Shown here in pieces: positions 1-14,854 of a DNA stretch of 64,000 nucleotides (its first letter is position 1; the number at the start of each line of letters is the position of its first letter). Position numbers and translations under genes: made by a program. The notes beneath the pieces were generated by a model, which saw nothing but the letters and a program-made list of their open reading frames with translations, was not told the DNA's origin and did not search any database. The DNA is from Octopus sinensis (lineage: Eukaryota), in the NCBI RefSeq assembly GCF_006345805.1, contig NC_042998.1:63984001-64048000 (forward strand). The letters are read 5' to 3'.

Positions 1-509
1 TGATATAGATGTTCAAGAGGGCATACTCGACATTTTTGGGACCTGTTGATATAGGGCCTGGTTTTTGAGAAGGTTTTTGAGAAGATTTACTCTGCAAACG
101 TAATGACGAAGGGGTCAGTTTTGACATCAAATGACTGCATTTCATAAATACATCTTTTCGGAATTTGAAAGTAGATGACCAGACACTTAGTGAACAATTA
201 ACATCATGCTTACGTCTGTTTCACTCTCTCACTTATGTTTTACTCCTAATCTTCTCCCTTACCAGTGTCTCTTGTTTATATAAACGTCATCAACTCAAAT
301 GACAACTGGCAAACGGTCTTGTTCTCAAATTGAAAAATGTTGAGATAATTATTACTTTCACCAGCAGACCTGAATAGCTGTATTTAAGAATATTTGTGCT
401 TTTTTATGATCACATTATATATATATATATATATAATATATATATATATGTACATGTTTATGCATGTGTGAGGATATGAATATCATTGTATTTTTTTCAC
501 AAACCACTT

Positions 510-675
510 GAGGAACGACGTTTATCTGTTTGCGCTTCGCAATCTATCGATTCAGCAATAAGAGGCGATAGAATAACTTTTACACTTGAGAAAAATAAGC
601 AATTTGTTCAACTAAAACTGAGATGGTTGTGTCTCGGCATGACTGCTGTCAAATGACTGAGACGAGCAAACTGAT
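510..675 (+). mobile_element. Degenerate 3' half of tRNA-derived SINE family A
   Basis: Ends in cggcatgactgctgtcaaatgactgagac, a decayed version of the family tail seen at 47463-47495 and 10697-10725. Confidence 0.55.
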
Positions 676-2093
676 AAAACAATAAAATAATTTTCGAAAC
701 GGAATGATAATCTCAGTATAAATTCCTCGATACTTTATCGATTTCACATTCATCTGATCAGTCATATAATAGTTGTCTAAGTGGAAATACTAACAATTAT
801 TGATAATTTTGTATTTGTTCAAGTGGACTCATTGTAGCTAATTGAAAAATTGTTGCATTTTATCAATTTATGCATTCAAAGAAATAGAATTATTGGCATA
901 TATCTTTCCCTTAATCCTTGCATGAATTCTTCAAATCTTTGAATTTTTCAAATAGAGAAATGAATGTAATTATATATCAGATATCGTTTATTTGATAGTC
1001 TAATAAAAGGAATCGGAATCCAGCAGGCTTTGATTCAGAAATATTTATATCAGAATAAAATGCAGACCATAGAAATGTAACTTAAGAGCATGATTCATAC
1101 GATCATATATTATACTTCATTGTTAGCGAAAGCAAATAATTATACAAGAAACCACACCTATCATTGTAATGTAGTCCAACATTTCTCTGTGAAAAATAAC
1201 TCATAGAATAAAGCAGGCGGAGTCAAATTTTGAAACGGACTTTTTTTTTTATTTTTGTGTTCTCTAACAAATTCCTAATTGTTTACTTTGCACTAAGAAA
1301 CCCGAACAAGACTCTTTTCTTTTACTTCGATTTCATTCTTAATTGATACAGGCTTTCTGTTTTCTGTTAAGTCTGTTCGAGTGAAGCATTAGAATTCAAA
1401 TGAATTAGATTTAATGTACGTCTTGTTTTCTTTATGAAACTATATTTCGAAAATATAAACAATTTCGCAAAGAACCACAGCAGAAATGTTTTGATGTGTT
1501 TCGTTATAAAATAGTATTTACGTCCATATTGAAGTAAACTATTAGTGATTAGAGAAGTAGAAGCGGTAAAATCAATTGTAAGAAATAACGTAAAGAATAA
1601 GTTAACAGTATGAGGAAAGTCGATTCATAAAGGAAATCCGATTTGAACTAAAATGAACTCAAACTAGTTACATTATCGAATAAATCTAAATCTTAATGTT
1701 GTGACATTGATGACATTTTATTTTCAGAATTTATCTAAATAGTATTTTAGATAAATTAAATAATCCATTTGCATTTGATTATGAATATATTGGAAATACG
1801 GAGATCACCACCTAGGTCATGTATTTTAGGTTTAGTCTATGGTTCAAAAAGGTTAGTACAAATTGTATAGTATGCTCGAAAAATTGGTATTAATATGTTG
1901 AAATATGAAATGGATACATGCATTTCAATGAAATAACCAGAAGGAATAAAGGAAGAAGCATACACGTAAAAGGAAGAAACATACACCTTCAAATATCATG
2001 GTGAGACATTGATATAAGGGCATTCAGAACTTGTTGCCTTATACTTTAAAATACTCTAAATGCATTTGATTAGATGCTAGTCCCAATACATAG

Positions 2094-3343
2094 TAATAGG
2101 TCAAGTATGAAATTTGTAGAAAATTAAAAAAAGTTTGCTAATGTTTTATAAATGCAAGGAATAGTTTTCTTTATCAAAGTATACAGCAATATTGTCAATA
2201 CTACTTTGTTATTTCAACGGTAAAGCCTGGTAATCTAAAGTCAATAAGATCTTGGAAGCCCTGCTTTACAGCATCGTCAGAATTCATTTTTTTCCTATCA
2301 AAAAAAAAGTTATCTAAATTCTGGAAGAAGTGGTAGTCAGTGGAGACAAGGTCAGGTGAGTATGGTGGATGATGGAGAACTAACTCCAACATCTGTAATT
2401 TCGCCAATGTCATTTTTGCGATGTGGAGACTGGCGTTGTCATGCAACAAAATAGGAGTGGATCTGTTGACAAATCTAGGCTTCTTTTGTAAGTACTTTTC
2501 TGTATCATTTAGTCCAGTTGGCTGCAGTGTACTTGGGTCGTGATTGATGAGTCATGTTTAATGAAATCATAATGGATCACACCTGTGCCAGACCTCCAAA
2601 CACACCCCATCAGCTTCTTTTGATGTATTTTAATTCTGGACTGTATTTGGGTGGATCGTCTTTGTCCAACCATTGTGCTGAACACTTACAGTTGTTGTAA
2701 TGGATCCATTTCTCATCACATGTTATAATTCGATTCAAAAATGATTCATTTTGGGGACTAGAAATGCAGGCTTCCAAACGTTGCTGTTCCTAATTTTCAT
2801 AGAGTTCACGTGGAACCAACCTATCCAACTTTTTCACTTCACCAATTTGAACTAGGTGAGTCAGTATTGTTTGTTTGCTAACACCAAAAAACACCCATAA
2901 TTCACTGGTACCTTCAGATGGATCTAACTCGACGGTGAATTTCAGTTCGTCATTATCCACCTTTATTTCTGGTCGACCACGTTGCTCATATGTGAAGGCA
3001 AAGTTACCAGAACGAAATTTGAAAACTATCTGCTGTGTAATAACATTAGAATGAAATACTCCATTAATATTCCAAGTTGTCTGTGATGCTGTATTTCATA
3101 GAAAGTATTTATATTTCAAAACTGTACGAATTTTCGAGTTATCCATCTCTAAACAAGAAAAATCAAACAAAAAACGACTTATAAATGCTTTATAAAGCGC
3201 AACATGAGTTAGAATAAAGAAATATATGTGTCAGTTTTCTAATAAAAAAATAAAGATTGTCAAAATATAATAATGGAGCAACATGAGCAGCTGTCAAAGT
3301 TTACCATATACGTTACCTCAATATCATACTCGACAACCTAATA
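2094..3343 (-). mobile_element. Near full-length defective mariner (cecropia/Hsmar1-like), about 1.25 kb
   Basis: Minus-strand transposase pseudogene about 3130-2201 with ITCDEKW, LHDNAS.H and HPPYSPDL..TDYHFF motifs plus many stops and frameshifts. Imperfect TIRs: taatagg-tcaagtatga at 2094 versus tattaggttgtcgagtatga (reverse complement, ending 3343). Confidence 0.9.
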
Positions 3344-6300
3344 GTACATTCACTGAAAATAGCAGCTAAGACCCTACATAAAACATGAATAGATATCAAT
3401 TGTAGAGGATCCTTTCTCAGACGTATATTAAAAGTCGAATCTCTTCATGTTTAATACCATGACATATTAATTACTATTTTTCAATATTAGATCATATTTG
3501 TTTACTATCTACTCAACAATATTTGCTTATACATTGATTTCATTTGACGATACTCAAGAATAGTTAGTTGGTGAATTATATGATTTAAAAGTTTCAGTAT
3601 ATAAACAAAAACATACATCGACGTTTTCCGCTCGTTGATTTCGTACTACGGACCGAGAAATAGTCACAAGATAAAGAAAGGCTAAAAATATATTCAGTCT
3701 TGAATTTAATACCACAAGCTAAAGCAAGCGTACAAGTTACACACGGAATTGATAAAATGTATTTTATCAAAATCAACTATGAATGTATATACACAGAAAC
3801 AAAAACTATCCCTTGAAATATATTTTTGCAAATTATAAGGGGTTACTTTTATAATATGCTTCTTATTCTTTTCCGATGCTCAAAAAGAGGCCTAGTGGTT
3901 TAGTGTGTAGGTGCCAGAGCTATGTATGTGTGTTCAAGTCCTGGATTGCATGGTGCAGAGTGATCTTGTGCTTGGGATTTCATTGCACATTCTTCAATAT
4001 ATTCTTTAAAAACTGAATACCAATCAGTACTGATACAGCTGTATTTTCCTGTCTGTCTCTGCGTGTCTCTCCCTCGGTCTCTCTCTCTCTCTCTTTCCAT
4101 CTGATATATCTTGGATCTTCCATTGGGTCACATATAAATCTGACGAGAGTTTGTCTTCTCACGATTACGAAGGCATCAAAAACGATAAGTGAAACATGGT
4201 AAATGTCACCAGGGTATGATTGCGACATGTGGCTAAGTATGAAAATACCAATACATTTCATCCTAAGGTAATGTAAACGTACGAAATTTGATCCAGCGGC
4301 ACAAATTAATATTAGCATTTCCATGCAGGTCAAAAAAACCTGATCGCAACATGGCAATGGAATAATTATTATCCAAATATTATGTTTCAAGACTGTTACA
4401 GGCATAATATTTTTTGTGTCTGTTTAAGCCTGATTTACTATATTAATAAATTCATTCGAAAGACATAAACATGTCTAGAGATCGAAGCCGTATAATATAA
4501 TCTTACATTGCTGAAAATTGTCACATTTTATACTTCGATAAATTTTAATTACATTGCTCAGTCATTTTGATTTCATTTTTCTCAATTTGCATTAGTAGAA
4601 AAAATATTGTGAACTGGTTCAATTCGTTAATTTTCTCCTTATTATAAACTTTAATTGCCGAGTGACTTTAGAAGGTCCTATATATAGTTTCGAATGTCCA
4701 TTCTTTGGCTGATCCCATGGCGCAGAAACTCGGACACCTTTACGTGACTGTATCTGACAAACATTTTGCTTGAGAGTCCGTAAACTGAAAATGTGTGATT
4801 GATTCAAGTAAGAACAGCTCTTGCATGTGATTTGGCGTACAAATTAATACCTTCCAGAGTTTGTTCTTCTGTGTTATATATAGATTTGCTTGGTCCAGGT
4901 CTCCAAAATTCTGAAAATGTTCGTCCCTGACTCCAATAACACTTCTGCACTGACTCACGTACGAAGATATTTCTATAGGTGCTTTATTTTCTCCGCTTAC
5001 TATATACTTAAATATAAATAAGTATCGTAAAAGTCACAACGTGGTACGGTGTAAAGCAGAATTCCATCAAAGTTTCAGTTATTTTTGACTAGGAAGAAGC
5101 TTCTCAACTGAGAAAAAATGGAATATCATTGTATAACTTCGTATAAAATCCTTTAAGGACAAAAGAAAAAATGTTCTCCCGTGAAATAAAAGGTGCTGTT
5201 TTCTGTGGACATAATATAAAAATTATCCCTTTAATTATACAATGCATTTCCTTAAAACTTGTAAAAAAAAAATTGCAACTAAAATTACATTTCGTTAAAA
5301 ATTCTTTTTCTTTTACTTAGTCTAATGTATTTAATAACATTACGCATTAAATTAATTGTCATCTTGTATGTTATTTCAATAGCCTGTGCTATGTATCAAT
5401 AAATGTCTGCGGTTTTAGTAAAGTATTTATTATATAAATTACCAGCCTTGCGCAAACATTTGAAACTAATAATATGTGTTTCTTTCTGTTTCACTTACAT
5501 TATTTCGTCACTGTCATTACTGGTTATGATTTCGTTGTTTAGATTATTAAATAGATCATGAAGTTTCTATGCCTGTAATGATATATCGTCTTGTCACATT
5601 AGCCGTTAGGTTTTCTCTAAGTGATATTGTGGTTTGCATACATTCCCATATTCCGTTGGTTGGTTTTGTGGGTTTAAAGTTTGCAATAAACTAACGTTAA
5701 ATTACATATTTCAAAAAATATTTTGCTGGATATGAAAATAGATACTAATTTTTACTGAACATATATTATCTAATATTTGAATAACATTCTTCAGACTGTT
5801 CGATTTGTGTATATTTTCATGTGTGTTTCGATCTGTTTAAAAAAAATTTAAACACCAACTTTAAAAATGAGGAGTGTAGAAAAAACAAAACTAAAGAAAA
5901 TCACATTCGACATAGTCATGGTTTGAAAATATGTTATAATTTTACTACTCTAAATGAGAAATTTCGATAAACTTGATAAATTTAACAGATTTCATAAAAT
6001 CCTTAGAGATATTAAATAGAAATTTGCAAGTCTGATAGAATGCCAACAAAAATTCACACAATAAAAGAAAAACAGTTACGGATAGTAGATCATTCGTATG
6101 AGGTGGATATTTCATATAATATCAGATATTTATGAAAATCCCTAAGGCACACATCCCAAAAAGATTTTAAAAAGCACATTTTTTGTTTAACACCGGGGAA
6201 AATATACCTGTAATGTACCTCAATTTAAGTATAACATTAGTATAGCATTTAGAGGTAACTAAAAAATTGAAAATGAATTACATTCACACCAACAACAATT

Positions 6301-6659
6301 TTATCATTATACACTCCTCTAAGGATTTTTATGATTATATTTACATGATATCAGATTGGTCTCGTATATTAATGGAATTCCTGATACAATTCCACGTCTG
6401 CGAAAAGCGAAAGACATACTACAAACTTGTTTATATTATGATTGTGTTGATACAAAGATAACCTTACAAATATATGTATGGTTATATACATGTATGATAC
6501 CTATGCAAACACAAGCGCATACATATATATTCATGTACATATGTAACTACATATATTCATGTATATTAAGAGGCAGCTAGAAAAAATACATTTCTGCATT
6601 TATTTCTCACACGCCATTTCCTTATTAGTATAACATCAATCACCAGTGTAAATTATGTA

Positions 6660-7150
<491 letters not shown>

Positions 7151-7754
7151 ACGCCTTTCCAAAGTAATCTGTTCAAAATCAATAAATATAATCTAATTCA
7201 AATCTTAGCTCTGTAAGTGAAGATTTATCGATATACTCTATAATGTACTTTTATCAGGAAACTAAAATTTATGAATAAAAAAGAAAAAATTGACATACTT
7301 TTTTATATATAGATTTGAAGTCATATCGCTAACCTGAATATCAAATCGTTATGATATTTCTCGCGAATCTAAAACATAGATCAAAATAATTTTTATGTTT
7401 TCACACATTATTCTGTGAAACAAAACGGTGTCTGATTCACCATTTTATAGTTTGAGTGTCAGCCTTAAATCGCAGCCAATATTAATAAAACTGTTGGCTT
7501 ACAAATGCTTTTAGTGGTACTCATTTCATGCTACACGTTAAGACCTCTTTTTTAGCCCAATGATAACTGGATAATTTCGTGCTTCGTTCCTATTCCTGCA
7601 GCAGATGAATGAAAACTAGCCCTTACATTGAACCTTTCAGCCACGAAGAGCTTTGAAGGAACATAAATGAAATAAATGCAATAAATAAAATATAGAAATA
7701 CATATAACAAATAGAGCTGCCCTTTCTTATCTAATCCCATATAAATAAACTATT

Positions 7755-8580
7755 TACAAGAGAGTACCCAAAAGAAACCGGAATTTTGCAATATTATTTT
7801 ATTCATTTAGATTTTCACATTTACACTTTTATCGCCTTCCAAATGTTCTCCGTTTGCAGAAATGCATCAGTCCAGACGCGTTTTCTACTGCTCGAAGCAG
7901 TGCTGGGACTTCTGCTAAGTGATGCCTTCAACACATCTGAGGTTTTTTCCTTCACCTGTTCAACCCCTGCAAATTCTGTAGCACCAGCTTACATCACTAG
8001 CGATGGCTTTCGAAAAAAAATGTCCGGATCAAGTTCCTACTCTTCTTCCGGTTTACGACATGCATTCACTCCTAGTTACTTTTGATCTTCCTTGTACAAG
8101 TGAGGCACAAATTTTGCTGCCACTCTTTTCATTCACAATTCCTCGCTCAAAAGTCGTTGGTAGGACCTCTAAGACACACCAGTCATATCAACAACTTCGT
8201 GAATTGTTCGGTGACGGTCCTTCAAGATCAGTTCATGAATTTTCATGATGTTTTCATTCGTTCAGGAGGTCGACAGATGCCCTGAACGAGGCTGGAATTC
8301 AAGCGACATGTGACCATTCCTAAAGCAGGAAAACCACTCTCAAACTTGTGTTTTGCTCATGGTAGCGTCTTTGTAAGCTATTTGAAGTACGGCATATGTT
8401 CACGTCGCCGTTTCCTAAGCAGAAAACAAAATTACAAGGATGTACGATGTTTCTTGATTTCAGCCATCACAAAACCGACGAATAATGGAATGTCACTGCA
8501 AAGCAAAGGACGCAACACGTGGCACCACGATACTAGTGGACGACACCGGTCAGCAAACTGATGAATAAGGAATTTTTGCA
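7755..8580 (-). mobile_element. Internally deleted mariner relic (HTH half joined to the C-terminal end, catalytic core missing)
   Basis: Minus strand reads MAEIKKHR..FCFLLRKTAT.TYAVLQIAYKDATMSKTQV.EWF...MKRVAAKFVPHL...DVSWCY, then jumps to QHCFEQ*KTRLD*CISANGEHLEGD. A TIR-like end tacaagagagtacccaaaagaaaccgg is at 7755; the other end was not recognised. Confidence 0.85.
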
Positions 8581-9251
8581 TCATATGTATATACGGAAAG
8601 TACTTGAGAAGATAAATTTTAAATCGTTAAATTCAGAATATCTCACTTCTGTCATCGACCATTCCATGTGATGGGATGGACACTACTTTGAAAATAATTA
8701 CAGGCTTATATGGTAAACAGACACGTACAATGCACTTGATTCATCTACTGGAATTGTATCACATACGTATTGTTTCTGCGCTTTCATTTTTCACAATCCC
8801 AGATGGAGTTATTTAAGTCATATATTATAAGAGAATAATCATAGTTATAATGTTCCCCTTTTTTATATTATATTTGATATTCTAGTTGAAGCCTTACTTG
8901 CCGCGAAGAACATGCTTAGTGCTAAGATAAGAGACATCAAACAATGTTCTCCGGAAAGGTTTGAAAAATCCAAATTTAATGGAAACGAAAAATGCAAATA
9001 GCAAGCATTTCTGAACACTGAAACTTCCTCATTAACGGATAAGAAGATATCTTATAGCTCCAAGGGAAAATATTGCTGTCCGTATTTAGCGATTTAATTT
9101 TCTGTAGATCTCTAGCATATATTGGCTAGAAAGTGAAATTAGTTCAGAAATTATCAACATGTTTAGAACAAAGATTTGGCATTGCATGCAAAACAATTAT
9201 TTAAATAGATTTCTGTATATACTTAAACACGTACACACACATATGTATGCA

Positions 9252-9432
<181 letters not shown>

Positions 9433-9989
9433 AGAGACTGATAGTTAGAGAGAAAGCGAAATAGAGAAACGGATTGAAAGGAATGCGAGTTTATATCATT
9501 ATGTACAGCTATACATATATACACACGCATAAGCATACACCCCACCAACACACACACTATCTCTCACAAATACATTCATGATATATAAGTGTATATATCC
9601 AGCGTGGTGTGCGCGCGCGTGTGTATGTGTGTGTTTGCGTGCGTATAAGTTAAATTTAAATTTACATCAATTCCCCGACCTCGACTCAACATATTGAAGT
9701 AAAATAATTGTGAAGCCATTCGCATTGCAGTGTATTCAACACAGATCCTCTGTTCCTATTAATTTACTCTCCAAAAGTAAGAAATAGATTATTAACTTTG
9801 CTTTCATAATTTATTGATTGCTTTCAAGGAATATTTAGTAATCGATTGGACTTCTAAGTGTGTATTTTTTTCTTTTGTAGTGAAATTATTACTTTGCAAA
9901 TAAAAATCAATAACACCCATCGTGAGAAGATACATAATTCTGAGCACATTCAGGTGGAAATTTACATCACCTAATATACATACATACAC

Positions 9990-10010
9990 ACATATATATA
10001 TATATGTATG

Positions 10011-10066
<56 letters not shown>

Positions 10067-10113
10067 ATATATATATATATATATAATATATATATACATA
10101 TATATATACATAC

Positions 10114-10178
<65 letters not shown>

Positions 10179-10182
10179 TATA

Positions 10183-10220
<38 letters not shown>

Positions 10221-10242
10221 CATATACATACATACATATATA

Positions 10243-10280
<38 letters not shown>

Positions 10281-10345
10281 ATATACGTTTACATATATTT
10301 ATATTTACACACACACATATATATGTATTTACACACACACACATA
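9990..10345. repeat. Compound (TA)n/(CA)n microsatellite
   Basis: Directly visible. Confidence 0.95.
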
Positions 10346-10351
10346 TTTATA

Positions 10352-10740
10352 TAGGCGCAGAAGTGGTTCTGTGGTAAGCAGTTTGCCTGCCAGCCACTTG
10401 ATTCTAGGTTCAGTACCACTGCTTGGCATCTTGGGGATGTGTCTTCTACTATAGCCTCGGGCTTGTGCATAAATTTGGTAGAGGGAAACTGAAAGAAGCC
10501 CGTTGTATGTATATGTGTGTATATATATGTATGGATTTCTGTGTCTGCGTTTGTCCTCCACTATCGCTTGGCAACCGATGGTAGCCTGTCTTCATCTCCG
10601 TAACCAACGGTTCGGCAAAATTGAACGATACAATAAGTACTAGGCTTACAAAGAATAAGTCCTGGAGTTGATTTGATCGACTAAAGGCTGCGCTGAAGCA
10701 TGGCCGTAGTGAAATGACTGAAACAAAGAAGAGAATAAAA

Positions 10741-10742
<2 letters not shown>
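10352..10742 (+). mobile_element. tRNA-derived SINE family A, full length
   Basis: A-box-like gtggttctgtggtaag, B-box-like ggttcagtacc, central gtgtcttctactatagcctcggg domain, internal TA/TG tract, and 3' tail gcatggccgtagtgaaatgactgaaac followed by (aaga)n. Same layout as 26490-27003, 47127-47510 and 61878-62283. Confidence 0.9.
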
Positions 10743-10805
<63 letters not shown>

Positions 10806-10831
10806 TATATATATATATATATATATATATA

Positions 10832-11226
10832 TCTTTATATATAAAAGTCAAGTTGTGTGTCTGTCTCCTACGATTTAGATTCCTAACTACTCCCACATTT
10901 TGCGGTGCAGTTTAACCAAAACCGGGTATCTTATAGTCGTGATTCATATCGAGCCCTTCTGGCTATTAGCGCGCGTCTACGATGAGTCTACGATTTTTTT
11001 TAAAAACTTACCATCATTTTTTTCTATTTTAACGCATTTTTACACTATTATATAAGGGAAGTAACTCTCTAAAAATGTCTACGATGATTCAACGATTTAA
11101 AAAAAATTACCATAATTTTTTTCCATTTTTAATTCATTTTTTGCTATTTTTTGGCTATAACTCTCTAAAAATGCTTATATAGTTATTTCCCTTGCAAACC
11201 CGAGCAACGCCGGGCGATACTGCTAG
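10832..11226 (+). mobile_element. Non-autonomous Helitron
   Basis: 5' TC start (a|tctttatatataaaag), 3' CTAG|t end with the subterminal hairpin cccgagcaacgccggg about 8 nt upstream, A|T insertion with no TSD, internal short tandem duplication. Confidence 0.85.
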
Positions 11227-11318
11227 TATATATATATATATAGATGTATATATATAAATTTAGACTCACACACACGCATACGCACACACGCACACACACA
11301 CATACACACACACTCATA

Positions 11319-11358
<40 letters not shown>

Positions 11359-11730
11359 TATATATACAAAGTTAGAAGCAGATACAAACGCGCAAACATA
11401 AATGTAGATTTGTACACACACAAAAAACACATATATATATAGATGCATGTGTATGAATGTGTATATGGACATGTATATATGTTTATGTGTGTAACTATCT
11501 GTCTTCTGATCAATTAATCTCTCTTTTCCTCTCTCTCTTTCTCCCTATCTCTCACACTGTAGCTACTGAACCTCTTGCATTTTCTCTCTCTGTTAAGTTT
11601 TGTGTTCCATTCTGTTGAAGAGCGTAAGAACGAAACGTAAAAGGATTTCTCATATCTGTAGCGTTAAACTAATACATCTGTTTGTTGTTTACACAGCCGT
11701 CAACATCTTTTTTTTTTGTAAATTCTCACC

Positions 11731-11826
<96 letters not shown>

Positions 11827-11840
11827 GTGTATATATATAC

Positions 11841-13127
11841 ACGAGGGGTGTATGAAAAGTTTTGAGCCTTACCTAGAAACGGGGCTGCTAGGTAGCTGAA
11901 ACAACTTTTTCTGGTAAGTACAGTCTTTTCGGAGTATTCTTTCTCATTTTCATGATTCTGATATTTAAATTTTTTTTTGTGTTACAGATTTTGGAATAAA
12001 CAAGTTTCGAGGTTACAAGGAAAATGGAAAAACTGAGTATCGTGCAGTCATAAAGTACCTTCATTTGAAAGGCATGACTCCATCAGAAATCCATGAAGTT
12101 ATGGTGAGAGACTTAACAGACAATGCTCCTTCATATGCAACAGTCAAACGCTGGGTAAATGAATTCCAGCGCGGCAGAGAGAGTGTGGAAGATGATCCCA
12201 ACCCAGGGAGGCCTCCAACTGCAACCACGAGGACAACATTGACCTTGCTCTGGTATGATAATGCAAGATCATCGAATATCATGTCGCCAGATAGCTGAGA
12301 GACTGGGCATCTCAAATGAAAGAGTAGACAACATTGTGACAGAAGAACATAGGTCTTTAAACCTTTCTGCATGGGGGTCCCTCGCCTTTTGACGCCTGAA
12401 CAGGAACGCACCATGTTCACTTGTCCACGAGCATGCTGGAACTCTTTGAAGCGATGAAGATAATTTTCTCGCTCCTTTTATTACTATGGACGAAAGTTGG
12501 GTTCATCACTACCAGCCTGAAACCAAAGAACAATCAAAGCAGTGGAAGCACACATCTTCTCCTACCCCAGAGAAGGCCAGGTCATTCCTTCAGCTGGCTT
12601 GGTCATGGCGTCAGTATTTTGGGATTCACAAGGTGTCTTGCTGATCGATTACCTTTGAAAGGATCAAACTGTGACAGGGATTATTTTTCTCAGCTACTGT
12701 AATGCCTCCAGGAAGCAATCAAAGGAAAAAGGCGAGGGATGCTCATCAGAGGTGTCCTTTTTCATCACGACAATGTTCCAGCCCACACCTCAGTAGTTGC
12801 TATGGCTACAATTTGTGATTGTGGATACGAACTTGTTCCCCATCTACCTTATTCATCAGACGTAGCTCCCTCTGATTTTCATCTATACCCCAAAATGAAA
12901 ACAGCCCTGGCTGTTTGCCATTTTCCACTGGCAATGACGTCATAGGCACTATAGGAGGTTTCTTAGAATCTCAAACAAAAGAGCTCCTCTACGCCGGGAT
13001 AATGGCACTTCAGCACCGCTGGAGAAAGTGTTCAGCCATCAAAGGGGACTATGTTGAAAAATATATCATCAGAAGTCTTGTACTATGTTTTGCTTTTTGA
13101 GGCTGAAGACTTTTCAAACAACCCTCG
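11841..13127 (+). mobile_element. Defective DD34D mariner (irritans-like), copy 1
   Basis: TIRs cgaggggtgtatgaaaagttttgagcc and ggctgaagacttttcaaacaaccctcg followed by TA. Frameshifted transposase from about 12024 (MEK.EYRAVIKYLHLKG...WVPRLL...HHDNVPAH...PYSSDVAPSDFHL); 34 residues counted between the 2nd and 3rd catalytic Asp. Confidence 0.95.
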
Positions 13128-13234
13128 TATATACATATATATATATAACTAATGTAGGATAAAATTTCTTTCGAAACAAAATTTTATCAATGGCCAGCAT
13201 ATCAAAAAAATAGCTTTAAAAGTTAAATTTATAA

Positions 13235-13366
13235 ATAACTTATAAAATAAGGGTAAAAGAAAAATTCTAATGCCAATATGCCGAAAAAAGACAAAATTGT
13301 CAATTTTGTCTTTTTTCGGCATATTTGGCATTAGAATTTTTCTTTTGCCCTTATTTTATAAGTTAT
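13235..13366. repeat. Fold-back palindrome, about 65-bp arms, 1-nt loop (copy 1)
   Basis: ataacttataaaataagggt...gacaaaattg|t|caattttgtc...gcccttattttataagttat. Confidence 0.95.
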
Positions 13367-13392
13367 ATATATATATATATAATATATATATA

Positions 13393-13445
<53 letters not shown>

Positions 13446-13457
13446 GTATATATATAC

Positions 13458-14747
13458 ACGAGGGGTGTATGAAAAGTTTTGAGCCTTACCTAGAAACGGG
13501 GCTGCTAGGTAGCTGAAACAACTTTTTCTGGTAAGTACAGTCTTTTCGGAGTATTCTTTCTCATTTTCATGATTCTGATATTTCAATTTTTTTTTGTGTT
13601 ACAGATTTTGGAATAAACAAGTTTCGAGGTTACAAGGAAAATGGAAAAACTGAGTATCGTGCAGTCATAAAGTACCTTCATTTGAAAGGCATGACTCCAT
13701 CAGAAATCCATGAAGTTATGGTGAGAGACTTAACAGACAATGCTCCTTCATATGCAACAGTCAAACGCTGGGTAAATGAATTCCAGCGCGGCAGAGAGAG
13801 TGTGGAAGATGATCCCAACCCAGGGAGGCCTCCAACTGCAACCACCGAGGACAACATTGACCTTGCTCTTGGTATGATAATGCAAGATCATCGAATATCA
13901 TGTCGCCAGATAGCTGAGAGACTGGGCATCTCAAATGAAAGAGTAGACAACATTGTGACAGAAGAACATAGGTCTTTAAACCTTTCTGCATGGGGGTCCC
14001 TCGCCTTTTGACGCCTGAACAGGAACGCACCATGTTCACTTTGTCCACGAGCATGCTGGAACTCTTTGAAGCGATGAAGATAATTTTCTCGCTCCTTTTA
14101 TTACTATGGACGAAAGTTGGGTTCATCACTACCAGCCTGAAACCAAAGAACAATCAAAGCAGTGGAAGCACACATCTTCTCCTACCCCAGAGAAGGCCAG
14201 GTCATTCCTTCAGCTGGCTTGGTCATGGCGTCAGTATTTTGGGATTCACAAGGTGTCTTGCTGATCGATTACCTTTGAAAGGATCAAACTGTGACAGGGA
14301 TTATTTTTCTCAGCTACTGTAATGCCTCCAGGAAGCAATCAAAGGAAAAAGGCGAGGGATGCTCATCAGAGGTGTCCTTTTTCATCACGACAATGTTCCA
14401 GCCCACACCTCAGTAGTTGCTATGGCTACAATTTGTGATTGTGGATACGAACTTGTTCCCCATCTACCTTATTCATCAGACGTAGCTCCCTCTGATTTTC
14501 ATCTATACCCCAAAATGAAAACAGCCCTGGCTGTTTGCCATTTTCCACTGGCAATGACGTCATAGGCACTATAGGAGGTTTCTTAGAATCTCAAACAAAA
14601 GAGCTCCTCTACGCCGGGATAATGGCACTTCAGCACCGCTGGAGAAAGTGTTCAGCCATCAAAGGGGACTATGTTGAAAAATATATCATCAGAAGTCTTG
14701 TACTATGTTTTGCTTTTTGAGGCTGAAGACTTTTCAAACAACCCTCG
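13458..14747 (+). mobile_element. Defective DD34D mariner (irritans-like), copy 2
   Basis: Near-identical to 11841-13127 at an offset of about 1620 bp, with the same TIRs and shared disablements. Confidence 0.95.
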
Positions 14748-14854
14748 TATATACATATATATATATAACTAATGTAGGATAAAATTTCTTTCGAAACAAA
14801 ATTTTATCAATGGCCAGCATATCAAAAAAATAGCTTTAAAAGTTAAATTTATAA

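Noticed and set aside
1-380. Open minus-strand frame at 1-215 and gtaag donor-like sites at about 213 and 263
   Set aside because: Stops in all frames of the putative upstream exon and no recognisable domain; needs RNA-seq.
1728-1815. Strong + strand acceptor (ttttattttcag) followed by IYLNSILDKLNNPFAFDYEYIGNTEITT*
   Set aside because: Short, isolated, no recognisable family and no compatible neighbouring exon.
3900-6410. Several good minus-strand splice signals and a loose W-x-C-x4-I-x2-R similarity between segments near 5640 and 6390
   Set aside because: Exon phases do not join, the 5107-5000 candidate has stops in all three frames, and one implied intron is only 48 nt.
7862-7918. VFYCSKQCW, resembling a MYND finger
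   Set aside because: It is the antisense of the mariner C-terminus and ends in a stop.
8886-9001. Possible + strand exon EALLAAKNMLSAKIRDIKQCSPER...
   Set aside because: No homology I can name and no supported partner exons.
9880-9975. [10 protein letters not shown], like an APE GDFN motif or a phase-1 exon
   Set aside because: A single short motif next to a microsatellite; cannot distinguish from chance.
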